This document shows, one piece after another, positions 53,101 to 64,000 of a stretch of DNA of 64,000 nucleotides; position 1 is the stretch's first letter, and each line of letters begins with the position of its first letter. The stretch spans positions 35,096-99,095 of the forward strand of contig NIVC01001890.1 of NCBI GenBank assembly GCA_002269645.1, in the 5' to 3' direction. The notes under the pieces were generated by a model. The model had not been told where the DNA came from. It was given only the letters and a program-made list of their open reading frames with translations, and searched no databases. The translations under genes were made by a program, and so were the position numbers. Origin of the DNA: Macrostomum lignano (taxonomy: Eukaryota).

Positions 53101-53781
53101 TGTGTCTTCACTGTGTCTTTACTGTGTCTTCACTGTGTCTTCACTGTGTCTTTTCTGTGTCTTCACTGTGTCTTCACTGTGTCTTTTCTGTGTCTTCACT
53201 GTGTCTTTTCTGTGTCTTCACTGTGTCTTTTCTGTGTCTTCACTGTGAATTTACTTTGTCTTCACTGTGTCTTCACTGTGTCTTTACGGTGTCTTTACTG
53301 TGTCTTTACTGTGTCTCTACTGAGTCTGTCTGATTTTGCGTTGGCCTGGTCTACATGTCTCATGTGTAATTTTTTTCTCGACTCTATTGTTTTTGAGCAA
53401 GACTTTGCGTCATTTCTGATACTCATTAAACAACTTAAAGCTGTATATGTATACCCATACATGCAGGAACTTTTTATAAACTTAATTTTCACTGACTTAA
53501 TCCCTGACTATTTCACAGAACCGGCAGCAACGAGAGCTGCATCAGCAGTCAGTGACTTAACAGCCCCTGTATTCAGCTCGTCGATTGACCGATCTCAGCT
53601 GAGATCACCAATCCTGCCACCGCCGCCGCCGCCGCCGCCACCGCCGCCGCCGTCGCCGCCACCGCCGCGACTGCCGCAGAAGTCGCAGCAGCAGAAGCCG
53701 CAGGGGTCAGCTCAGAGCCATCGCAAACGCGGCAGCGGATTTCGTCAGCGTCAGCGTCGAACTCAGCAGCGGCACTACTAG
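47184..53781 (+). CDS. Divergent squid/hnRNP A/B/D-like protein (2 RRMs + Q/Y-rich tail), ~412 aa; exons 47184-47350, 47445-47485, 47565-47848, 48657-48788, 51406-51757, 53519-53781 (3' structure uncertain)
   Basis: KLFVGGLSWETTE, SRGFGFVIF, IDPKRAK, KVFVGGLDPE, RRKAFIFVTY, W|CDVR; junction phases are consistent. Confidence 0.82.
48125..48330. repeat. ~20-bp minisatellite (GTCTCTTGGTGGRCGCCCCK), hnRNP intron 3
   Basis: Direct periodicity. Confidence 0.88.
49420..50196. repeat. Near-perfect 17-bp array (GGCGCCAAGCACCAGGG), ~45 copies, hnRNP intron 4
   Basis: Identical units apart from a few at the ends. Confidence 0.97.
51098..51337 (-). repeat. 28-bp minisatellite family A, hnRNP intron 4
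   Basis: CAACTGAGGATCTGGGAGGCTGGCCCAG units. Confidence 0.9.
51760..52190. repeat. Purine-rich 11-bp repeat (GCGGAGGGGAA), hnRNP intron 5
   Basis: Direct periodicity. Confidence 0.88.
52755..53330. repeat. 11-bp repeat (CTGTGTCTTCA / CTGTGTCTTTT), hnRNP intron 5
   Basis: Direct periodicity. Confidence 0.92.
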
Positions 53782-53834
53782 ACTCATTTAAGCCTCTTTA
53801 ACCGATTGTCTGCACATCACTGGTCGGCAAAGAA

Positions 53835-54440
53835 GAGATAAAAAAGATGATAGGAGGAGAGAGAGACAAGAGAAGGGAGAGAGGGGAGAAAGGATGAAAT
53901 GGAGTGAAGACAGAGGAGATGAGAGTTGGGCGAGGGGAGAGAAATGAAGAGAAGAGAAGGGAGAGGGGAGAGAGGGGAGGTGAGATGAGAGAGCGAAGAG
54001 GAGAGAAAAAAGGGAGAGAGGTGAGAAAAGATGAAAGGGAGAGAAGACAGAGAAGATAAGAGTGAGGCGAGGGGAGAGGGGAAGAGGAGAGAGGGGAGAG
54101 AAGAATTGGGAGAGATGGGCTATATGAGAGATGATGAGAGATGAGGCACAGGCCAGGCGAGAGAGGGGAGAGAGTAGAGGGGAAAGGGGGGAGGGGAGAG
54201 AGGAGAGGGGAGCGAGGAGAAGGGAGAGACGGTAGGGGAGAGAGTAGAGGCGAGAGGGGGGGGAGAGGGGGGAGGGGAGAGAGGAGAGGGGAGAGAGAGA
54301 GAGGAGGGAGAGAGAGGGTAGGGGAGAGAAAAGAGAGGAAAGGGGAGAGAGAAGAGAGGAGAGGGGAGAGGAAATGAGAGAGGGGAGAGGAGAGAAGGGA
54401 GACAGGGGAGGGGAGACGAGAGAGGGGAGAGAAAAGAAAG
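53835..54440. repeat. GA-rich low-complexity tract
   Basis: Purine-only stretch on the + strand. Confidence 0.85.
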
Positions 54441-55299
54441 GATACGCTCGTAAGAGACATAAAAAAAACAGGCTGGATTGCTATTGTAAACTCTATAAGG
54501 ACCCGATGGCCTTCGAGAGGGGCTTCGCGGGCCGCATGTACATGAGCGGCATGGTTGTTTATGTGCTTTAACTATATACAATTTTAAATTCCTGCAGCTG
54601 TTTAGTAGTGGGTTTAAAATCATGTGATCGATTTGATTTCCAGTTTAAGTGTTTTCATTTATTTGACTGTCAAGATTTAATTCGAGAGAGGGGAGGGAAG
54701 AGTGGAAAACGACAAGAGTTTCATGACAAAGTTACAGAACTAAAATCTTGTGCGTTTTTAATGAGATTTCCGGCTTTAACGAAACGACAAAATTTGTTTA
54801 ATTACAAGTATTTTCCGGTTTTATTTTATTTTTAAAATCGAGTCACTTTGATTTAACAAATACACTTTTACGTGCATAGTATAGTACGATATTAGAGATT
54901 TAGTATATTGTGATGGATTCTTAGTACCGTTAGTACTAAGTTAGTACCGCAATGTGCATGTACTGTGGTACACATTATTTACAAATTGTGTATAAAAAGT
55001 ACTTAAATTCCATTTTAAATATTGTTGTAATTACAAGCATATACTGCTTCTCGTAGATTTTTTGTATCAGCATTTTCAAAATGTCGCTAAATTGTTATAA
55101 ATAAAAAATTCGTTGTCAACTTTTGTTACTAATAGTAGTTGTAACGATTTTTATAGTATAATAATACTTTCGACTAGCTTTATGGCTATCAAATACACTG
55201 ATATTGAGGTAAAATATTTGATTAGAATAAAACCACATTTATGAATTCTAGAAGATCATTTAGATATTTTATTAGTGGGTCAAGAATCAGGTGATTATT

Positions 55300-55878
55300 G
55301 GGTTGAGAAGCATGAGAATACCGGTTTGAGAAGCATGGGATCAGTGTGTTGAGAAGCAAGGGATTTGTGTGACGAGAAGCATGGGATTTATTGAGAAGCA
55401 TAGGATTGGCAAAAGTTGAGAAGCATGGGATTAGCAAGTTGAGAAGCATGGGATTAGCAAGTTGAGAAGCATAGGATTAGCAAGTTGAGAAGCATGAGAT
55501 TAGCAAGTTGAGAAGCATGGGATTAGCAAGTTGAGAAGCATAGGATTAGCAAGTTGAGAAGCATAGGATTAGCAAGTTGAGAAGCATGGGATTAGCAAGT
55601 TGAGAAGCATAGGATTAGCAAGTTGAGAAGCATGGGATTAGCAAGTTGAGAAGCATAGGATTAGCAAGTTGAGAAGCATGGGATTAGCAAGTTGAGAAGC
55701 ATGGGATTAGCAAGTTGAGAAGCATAGGATTAGCAAGTTGAGAAGCATGGGATTAGCAAGTTGAGAAGCATGGGATTAGCAAAAGTTGAGAAGCATTGGA
55801 TTAGCAAAAGTTGAGAAGCATGGGATTAGCAAGTTGAGAAGCATGGGATTAGCAAAAGTTGAGAAGCATGGGATTAGT
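55300..55878. repeat. 22-bp minisatellite (GAGAAGCATRGGATTAGCAAGTT)
   Basis: Degenerate at the left end, homogeneous in the centre and right. Confidence 0.93.
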
Positions 55879-56528
55879 GCCAGTACGCAAACAAGGGTAG
55901 ACATAAGTTGAGCCTGTAACTCTCTACCCTGATCAATTTCGCTAGGTGTGGACAGCGTATATAGCTAGAGTGTTAGATATCTATCGTTATAGTTTAAGTT
56001 GGCTACCATAGCAACGGTGAATTAGAAATGAATGCTCGCTGTCTCTGGGGTACGGGGGTAGCTAGAGAGTAAGTACACTGTTTAAGCGCATTTTTGGCTG
56101 TTTGTATCAGCCCTCTGTCAGTCTAAGAAGACACAGGCTCACCACAGCAATTAATTTTGCACACTTTTCTTTGATAACTGCTGGGCTCCCTTCGAAGAGC
56201 AGCAGCTAATTAAGAGAGAAAAAGAGAGAGAGAGAGAGAGAGAGACGCACTCAAGAGATCAGGAATGTACAGCTGTTTTTTTTTGTGAGTGTGGGTGGGG
56301 AGGGTTTCAGACAGACAAAAATAGCCCTGAAAAAAGAGAGATATAAGATAAGACCTACAGAGTAGAAAGATCCCAAATGCCATCGTGCATGCAGTTTTAT
56401 CTGTGAGACTATCTGCTTCATCAAGCACTGACAAGTTTATCTATCCATAGTGTTGGAACACGCATTTCCAGATATTAATGTTGCTTTAAAATATTTTAAC
56501 TAACTTACTTTTTAAAAAACGCCTTTGA

Positions 56529-57994
56529 ATGTACAGCGAATATAAAAGGCGGTTAGCAGAAGAGGATCAATTCAGATCTGGCCTCTCTGACAGACACATG
56601 CAACAGAAGCAGCAAAAGCAGAAGACTGAGAAGAATTTGAGAAGACAGTCTCAACCAGTATTGCTGCATCAAATTCCTAGCCAAGGTCGCAAATTAGTGC
56701 TGCATTTTGATGCTAGGAATACCATCTTTGTGGCCGACTTGTTCTCAAGGATTACTGTGGAGATGGCGCTCAACACCTATATATCCGGAGTGGTGTGGGG
56801 TGAGTATAGCTCTGCGTGAAGCAGATGGAAACTTAGGATGGGTCAAGTAGCTAAGGATGGGTCAAGTATCTAAGGATGGGTCAAGTAGCTAAGGATGGAT
56901 CAAGAAATACTGGACAGAATCGACTGGTCAAATGATAACAAAATATGGATCATGGGAACTATGCAAACTTTCGAAGAGGATTAACAAGGGGCCCATTAAG
57001 AGCGCTCATTGGTGTAAATTGCAGGAGAAATTTTCGCGCACGAATCAGGTCACTTCACTTAAATGTACTTTTCTGCTCTCGTACAGGAGTTTCCGAAAGC
57101 GACAGCCACTGGAGGTGCATCAGCGAGACGATCTCCATCCACCCGCCGCAGCCGGGAGTGACATCGCTCTATAAACTATTCGAGAAGGACATTGTCCGGG
57201 TGCCCGAGGACCGGCAGTTGCTGCGCGAGACGCTCGGCAACTTTACCGAGCAACCGCACGGACGAAAATTTCGTCCAATATTCGAAGCTAATCTGGCTAA
57301 GCTTCGCTGGCCGTATAAAAAGATTGACGACCGACTAACCGTGACTGGACGCGACGGGTCTGCCTATCACTACCTGCTGCCGTCGTTCCTCAATTTGGTG
57401 CACGCTCTGGACGCATCGGGCAGAGAATTCTGCGTAGTTGTTCGCACGTTCGGCAGAGACGCGCCGCACATACTGAACGCTCTGGACCTGCTGCGCCAGG
57501 GTCTGCATCCCGGATACGATAAGCAACTATCGGCTCGCATCAATCTTAAACCGGAATCGTTCGATCGAATCGGTCGAGACGAATTCAAATACTTCAAAAG
57601 CGACGGCAGCGTACTGCGGAGCGAACGGGCCGTGTACGAGCACTGGAACAGCTGCACAGGAATAATGGCTGTTGTTGACGACTTTGAGTACTGGCAGGCC
57701 AACCAGTATCACTACACGGCGGCAAAGTTTCTCTGGTACGATCCAAACGATAGCGACCATCAGCACGTCATGTTCGACGATAATATCCGTTTACACGACG
57801 AGGACAACATCATCAACGTGAAGGTGTTCGACGGTCCGAACTGGGAAGCTGCCAGAGACTGTAGACCCGATGAGACGGCCAAACTAGAAGACTCGCTGTT
57901 TGTCCCGGCCAATCTGATTGACAGCATCGGAGATCCCAACTATTTTATTGACAGGGTGTCGCAATGCGAAGCGAATTATTCGCAACTGCTGTGA
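56529..57994 (+). CDS. Uncharacterised HAD-superfamily-like protein, ~392 aa; exons 56529-56799, 57087-57994
   Basis: Phase-1 GT-AG intron joins the two ORFs. HAD-like motifs: RKLVLHFDARNTI (motif I-like), VVVRTFGRD (motif II-like), HVMFDDNI (motif IV-like). Codon usage matches neighbouring host genes. Confidence 0.75.
56831..56905. repeat. 20-bp repeat x~4 (TAAGGATGGGTCAAGTAGC) in the intron of the HAD-like gene
   Basis: Direct periodicity. Confidence 0.8.
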
Positions 57995-60380
57995 GACTGC
58001 ATGTAACGACATGCATCGTTTAGCCCAGTGTGGATGGTCAGGGACGCAAAGTCTATGTTTTCAGAAATTAAGACAAAAAATATCATCCTATACGGACTCA
58101 CTGGATGCACTTTTTGTCCTTCAGAATCCTCGCAGCTACCTGAGAACCAATGCGATAATGTTAAATTTATTAGAACTACTTTTGAAGCTTAATTTTTTTG
58201 ATTTGTTATAACATTACTTCTGTCGCTTGCAAATGAAATGGCATTTATGTAGAATGCTGCATATAACTCTGCTTAGTACGAGCTAAAGAAGAGCCTAAAA
58301 ACCATTTTTGAAAAAGATTTTGTAAAGTAGCGATAATTTGACAGATTATCTCTAGCATTATCTGTTTTACTAATTTTCTTGCTTAAATACTTTCCGCGAA
58401 TTTCAGCAATTTCTTGATGACTTTTTTATCTTGCTCACTTACGTATCATTCCAAAGCAAAATTTACGAACTATTTAACCCTGAGTCCTGCCACACGGGTT
58501 GGTAATGAAAGTTAACACCCGATAAAGCTGTATTCCGCGGGTAGTGAAGGGGAGAAAGGAAAATCAATGTACACTGGAAAATGTACATTCAACTTTCCTT
58601 CTGACCACAGCCAGCCAATCAGAAACTTAGCCGTTTCCCAGCTAGGTTTTTTGATGTTCTATCCCGTTCATTTGTACAAATTGTAATCAATAGTTAGAAA
58701 CAGACAAAGATGTTCTAACGATTTTCTAACGGTTACGAGAGGGTCTTCGCGACGCGTTTCCAGAGCCAGAATTATCTAAGAATAAGAAGCGGTGTAAATA
58801 AACTTCCGTACTGCGACTGTGTTCTTAACATAACACAGGATGTTTCGAAATTTTAGCTACCTTCAAGAAAATTGCAATTCGTAAAAATAGAAACTTTACC
58901 TCCAAACTACCTGATTTAGAAGCTAGATAGTTATACTCGTACTTGGCAACCCTAGTTCTTGGTTCTGGACTCAGAATGTTCTTTTATGAATGCAAGAAGC
59001 AGAGAGAACTGCTTCGTCTATTTATTGTTTACTTTTTATAGTTGAACTTCTAAACCATATTTTGCACTTTATTGTTGTTTAGAACTGACTTTTTCGCAGA
59101 AATACTTACTGATATTTGTTATTATACTGCAGGATTATTTTTGACGAACAAGTGCACATATATAGTTTGACAGACCAAATATACACACTACTGCGACAAC
59201 TACATATCGCTATGCTGTGATAAATGATTTAACTTTGCGTTTTTTACATTAAGTTCAAATTATTTCGCAATTATAGAAGTAACACGGTAGCTATTTAATT
59301 AAACTGCCCTTTAAGTCCTACATTTATTTTAAATGCTTTATTAATTTGCTTATCAAAAATGGCTCAATAATTTTAGAATTTTTATTGGCTTGGTTTTGCA
59401 ACAACTAAGTATTTTTAATTAAAAATTGGTCATTATGTAATTATTTCAGATAATGATCCAGTCACTACAAGTCCATATAATCAACATGCTCATGGCAAGG
59501 ACCACTACAAGTTTAGGGACCACAAGGCGTTCCACTTGCTTTCTATTGGACAATTTATTTGAAGGCCTGTTTTCGCTGGTCTCAACTTAACATTATCAAT
59601 CGATAAAAATCAGCATTTTTAAGCCGAGCAGTTGCACTTAATGGACATTCCGACAAACGACAAAGAACCATGTAGACATCGATGGATTGATGTCGTCGCT
59701 GGTAAATGCATGGGGTACGTGTTACGCCGACGCATGACATGATAATATGAGCTGCATGAGGAACACCTGTGCTCTGGCGAGGCCTCGCCCCCTAAACTCT
59801 ATCCGCCTCTGGATAGTGCGGTCGCTGACGTTGCGGCCAAGATTCCATTATCTAAACAGCGGCCAGGTTAGTTTGAAGGTGCCTCCACCAGTCACCTCTG
59901 CAGGAAAACACCATGGGTAAAAGCTCCGGGATAGCGACGTTTGCCAGCCGGACATGTCTTTTAATGTCTTTCCTGCTAGATGGTGCACATCTTACGGGGA
60001 CCTACATGTACTTAGAAATACTGCTACTGCTATGATTATTTGGATTTATTCGGCTCATTCCCGGTGATTTGAATTCTGATCCTCAGTTTCTATATTCCAT
60101 GCCCTGAGACAGGCGCACTCTCCTGGCTGACAATGCCCAAGGACAGTGCAAAAGAGGAAAATAGCTTCATATATAGACACGACTGACGGGCAGGGCTGCT
60201 TGGCGCGGTAGTCATCGGATGGTCACGGTGACAGCTGTAGTCACGGAAGCTTGGTCTCGCGGAAAAAACAAACTAAATATAGAACAACACACGGGACGGA
60301 AACAGTAAAACAAGTACACAGATCCTGAGGAGGTTGAAGAAGAAGCTTACGAAACCGCTCAGTGTCCAAAACGGACCCAG

Positions 60381-60538
60381 CTATTTATAGCCCTGAGAAT
60401 CACTCTTCACGTGATCACATAAGCGTGATGCGTGGTATTGAATGAAGGCCGCGACTTGTCCTTGACCTCCGTTACCAAGCAACCCTGTCCCTGATGACGT
60501 CACCGCGCGAGCCGCGCTGCAATTGGACGAGAAATTGG
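60381..60538 (-). promoter_or_regulatory. Candidate Pol II promoter: TATA (CTATAAATAG), E-box CACGTG, CRE TGACGTCA, two CCAAT boxes
   Basis: Motifs at 60381-90, 60408-13, 60495-502 and 60522-38 in canonical order on the - strand. Confidence 0.45.
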
Positions 60539-62014
60539 TGTGGGTCGCAGCGGAGAAAATGATTTATGACAATGGATCTATACGTAACAGGCGGGCAAAA
60601 GCATGTAGAGATAGGGGGTCTTCAAATTTTAACACGCATGTTTTGAACAATTGAAATGAGGGGGCTGGTGCGCGGGGGAGTGGGGTGGGCGACAAGCATG
60701 AGTCATCGGGATGACTCATCCTAAAGAGTCATCACTTGGGCTGCTGGAGAAGAGGAACATAAAGGGAGGTTGCGCAAAAAATAGTGGAGAGGCCCAGGAC
60801 TTGCATAAATCAAATGCGCACTTTATGATGTTTGGCGAGACAGATTAAGATCGAAATAGTATGTAACTACTTTTTTATATAGGATTTTAAGTACATGTAC
60901 ATGTAATTTTTTCCGAGATGTTTATGTCTATAGAGGTCAATCTGTTTGGGCCGCTGTTGAAGTACCTGACAGTTATGGCGCCAAACCAATTAGTGCCAGG
61001 TAAATTTTGATCCTTTGTACGCTTTTTCCTTACACTTTCGACAGGTTGACAGCTTATTCAACTATGTACATGCACTTTACTTCTGGATTTATGATTTATG
61101 GGGGCCGAGCTGTCACTTTTGGCGCCATGCTTTCTGCCAGATCGATGCACTTTTGCATGGCTACATTTAGCTTTTCCCCCTGTTTTTTTGAGTGGTATAT
61201 GATCGCACCGGTCGAGTTTCCAGGGGTCTGATCGAGAGCTGGTCGCCTTCTGGTTATAAAAGATAGGTTTTGGGGGGTCTAGAGATCAGTCAATCAGTCG
61301 AGCTACATGTATAATCATTTCGGGCTCATCAAATCAGAATTCGAGTTTTCGAGGGGGCGCGCGGGCCGCAGCTGCCACGTCATACATGTAAATCAGTCGT
61401 CCAACACAGCGTAATAAGCGCCGTTGTAATAATCATCGAATTCTTTCGCTGATTGAACGAGCCGGTTTTTTATGCTTGGCGCATGTACACATTGTACTCA
61501 AAGAATAAAAGCCTTAATGACCGACATGTCGACTTCAAAAGTGAGAGATCTTTAACCATTCTCTGCTTAATTGGCAATAATAAATGTGCGTAACTAATGT
61601 GTATATACTTATAATACTTCCCATTTATTTCGGCTGTCCAGGGTGAGAGGCTCAAGGCGCGGTGAATATTTATTGACCCAGGCGATTCAAGCCAATTGTC
61701 ATGAGCATACGAGCTTTAGATCAATACTAGCCATGTAGCCCCCTTCGGGGGGGGGGGAAGCTTAAACATAACTTCCGTTTCCCGTTGAACCCCTTGGGGA
61801 GCAAAGAATGAATGTAAAAATTTTATTAAGAATGTAATTGAATAACATGTAATAATAATGTACATTTACCCTATTACATATAATGTACATGTCCCACTCC
61901 ATTCCAACCCTAGCTAGCACCAATTTACATACTAGGCTTGTATAATATGTTGACATTCAATTGCCTAACAGGAACAGTAATAGCAGGCACTCCCCAAGTC
62001 GAAAGAATCCCCCT

Positions 62015-62258
62015 GACAGCAAACATCCCACCAGACAGCAAGCACCCCCAAGATACCAAGCATCCCCAGACAGCAAGCATCCCCCAGACAGCAAGCATCC
62101 CCCAGACAGCAAGCATCCCCCAGACAGAAAGCATCCCCCCAGACAGCAAGCACCCTCAAGATACCAAGCATCTCCCAGACTGAAAGCATCCCCCCCAGAC
62201 AGCAAGCATCCCCAGACAGAAAGCATCCCCCCAGACAGCAAGCATCCCCAGACAGCAA
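62015..62258. repeat. ~19-21-bp repeat (CAGACAGCAAGCATCCCCC)
   Basis: Direct periodicity. Confidence 0.88.
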
Positions 62259-62879
62259 GTTAGATCAATATGCCTACATACGAGAGTATCAAACTTACGT
62301 TACATGGGTGGCAAACCATGGACTACTCAAAGTAAGTACATACTTATGCTTGGGTTCTTTTTTGTTCAGAAATTCAGACCCAGCTACTTGAACGCATCAT
62401 TTACATCTATGGCCGTTCTCGAATTAGTTTCTTAACTGCTGATCAGGCTAGCTTACAGTATTTGCAGCATTTAAGCTCAATGCAAAAATTGATTGACAAT
62501 ATAAACAAGAATCGCCTGATACGAGAGGAGATTCTGTCTATGGCTCATCTCCTAGTATCAGGCGATTCTTTGTATGTAATCCACGGCATGTGCGACCTGA
62601 ATATAACGCCCTATCTCCGCCGGAGATAATGAGTTCTCTCCGCTAGCCATGTATGGCACGGATGTCTATATGGTGCAAACCCACATCGGAATCCAAGAGT
62701 GCCAAGTAGAATAGGCGCGATTGTTATAGAAGTTAACAAGTAAGATTCTCTCATTCTCAAGTCATCTCCCTTTCCGACAAGCCAAAAAGCCATGAGCTCA
62801 GTGCTGCAGATGTTGATTACTATTCTCGCTCCTTTGAGCGCTGATGAGCAGCAGGGGTCCATCCAAAGTACGAGCACTA

Positions 62880-63770
62880 CTGCCGATCTCCGGGTGACTG
62901 AGTTCATCCTCTCACGCATACCTGTGGGCACGCTCAAGAAGGTAAACAGTAACATGGTCCAAGTTTCTATCTTGGATGTCGGAGTGACGAGTCCGACTGG
63001 ACTCCGGTCTCAAGGTCTTCAAGGACATTGAGGAGTGGAACAAAAGCGATTGGGACTTCGTCTTGCAAAACTTCATCATGGAGCTCAGGAAGAGTAACGG
63101 TGATATGTATCCGCCAGCGACCATTAAGGGTTTCATCCAAGGCATTCAGTTTAAACTGCAGAACTTCATGAACAAGAACTGGTCGATCCTCACAGATGCC
63201 GACTTCATCCGGACTCGCCATGCAGTGTATCGACGCAGCGATGAAGCTCTCGGCGAAGGAGGGCTTCCACGTTGCCCCAAACGTGCGCGCACCATCGGCC
63301 TTGGACGAAGAGGAGCAGCTTTATTGGAAGGACGGCGGTTCGGCATGTCGAATCCGCAGCAACTCGTGGAGACCCTGCTATATCACCTGGGCCTGCATCT
63401 GTCGCTGCGTGCGTGCGGTGAGCATCGTGCTCTGGTGTACGGCGAGCGTTCGTAACTGCGGCTCCTCTCCGACGGTAACGGGGAGTTTCTTGTGTACACT
63501 GAGCGGATGCCCAAATGCCCAAGTTGGTGTACGAAAGGCGCACATCGAGCCGAAGACGACACGAATCTATCCGCATGCCGACAAGAGCGCTGCGTCGTAG
63601 AGATGTACAAGGCGTACATTTCGCATCGACTGGAGTGCGATCACGGCGGCAGAGGTCATGAGGCTTTCTACCTAACGCCCCTCAGGACCACAACTTCAGA
63701 CATTTGGTACCGGTGCAGTCCAATGGGGGTGCATACCAATGAGAATGTAGTTAAGAAGTTGGGCATTCTT
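62880..63770 (+). pseudogene. Decayed Crypton-type tyrosine recombinase (DUF3504 / ZMYM-QRICH1-KCTD1-related)
   Basis: Fragments across frames: RIPVGTLKK..TW, FVLQNFIMELRKSNGDMYPPATI, CIDAAMKLSAKEG..EEEQLYW, FGMSNPQQLVETLLYHLGLHLSLRACGEHRAL, FLVYTER, RCVVEMYKAYISHR..FYLTP..IWY..PMG. Several frameshifts and stops. Confidence 0.82.
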
Positions 63771-64000
63771 TCGTCTTACGATGCCCAAAATTGTATCTGT
63801 TTCGTCTTACGATGCCCATGTTAAATAAGCAAGAAGGCTTTAAAAATGTATACTTTACGACGGAAGAGTGCAGTGTTTCAGAGGTCTTAAATTCAGTCAC
63901 ACAGTTGGTTTGTACTTCTGACTGTATTTCCACGGAAATGTCACGACTCACGCGCTTTAACATTGTGTCCGCCCTCATTAGCAACTGAAGCTATCGAGCC

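Noticed and set aside
58474-58975. piggyBac-like MITE (TTAACCCTGAGTCC ... GGACTCAG)
   Set aside because: The right end lacks the GGGTTAA terminus; only ~8 bp of inverted match.
63751-63988. Short ORFs at the window end
   Set aside because: No recognisable motif, and truncated by the window edge.

Overview
Eukaryotic (animal) genomic DNA with GC-rich exons and AT-rich, repeat-filled introns and spacers. The style resembles a macrostomid flatworm, but that is an inference. Eight protein genes were reconstructed by hand from GT-AG junctions with consistent phases: PFDN6 (+), a RING/coiled-coil/NHL E3 ligase (+), GOSR2 (-), SRP68 (-), CCDC33 (+, 11 exons, one apparent 1-nt frameshift), TBC1D15/17 (-), a divergent squid/hnRNP-A/B/D-like 2xRRM gene (+) and an uncharacterised HAD-like protein (+). 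There is a tail-to-tail tRNA-Thr(AGT)/tRNA-Thr(TGT) pair. Mobile DNA includes two tRNA-derived CORE-like SINEs, two MITEs with 9-bp TSDs, a solo LTR, a Merlin/IS1595-type transposase fragment and a decayed Crypton tyrosine recombinase. The dominant unexplained pattern is that essentially every long intron carries its own minisatellite. Some repeat families recur in different genes, and some units carry splice-donor, splice-acceptor or poly(A) motifs. One MITE shows its terminal-repeat sequence amplified into a tandem array, a possible seeding mechanism. Most long ORFs in the track are repeat artefacts.
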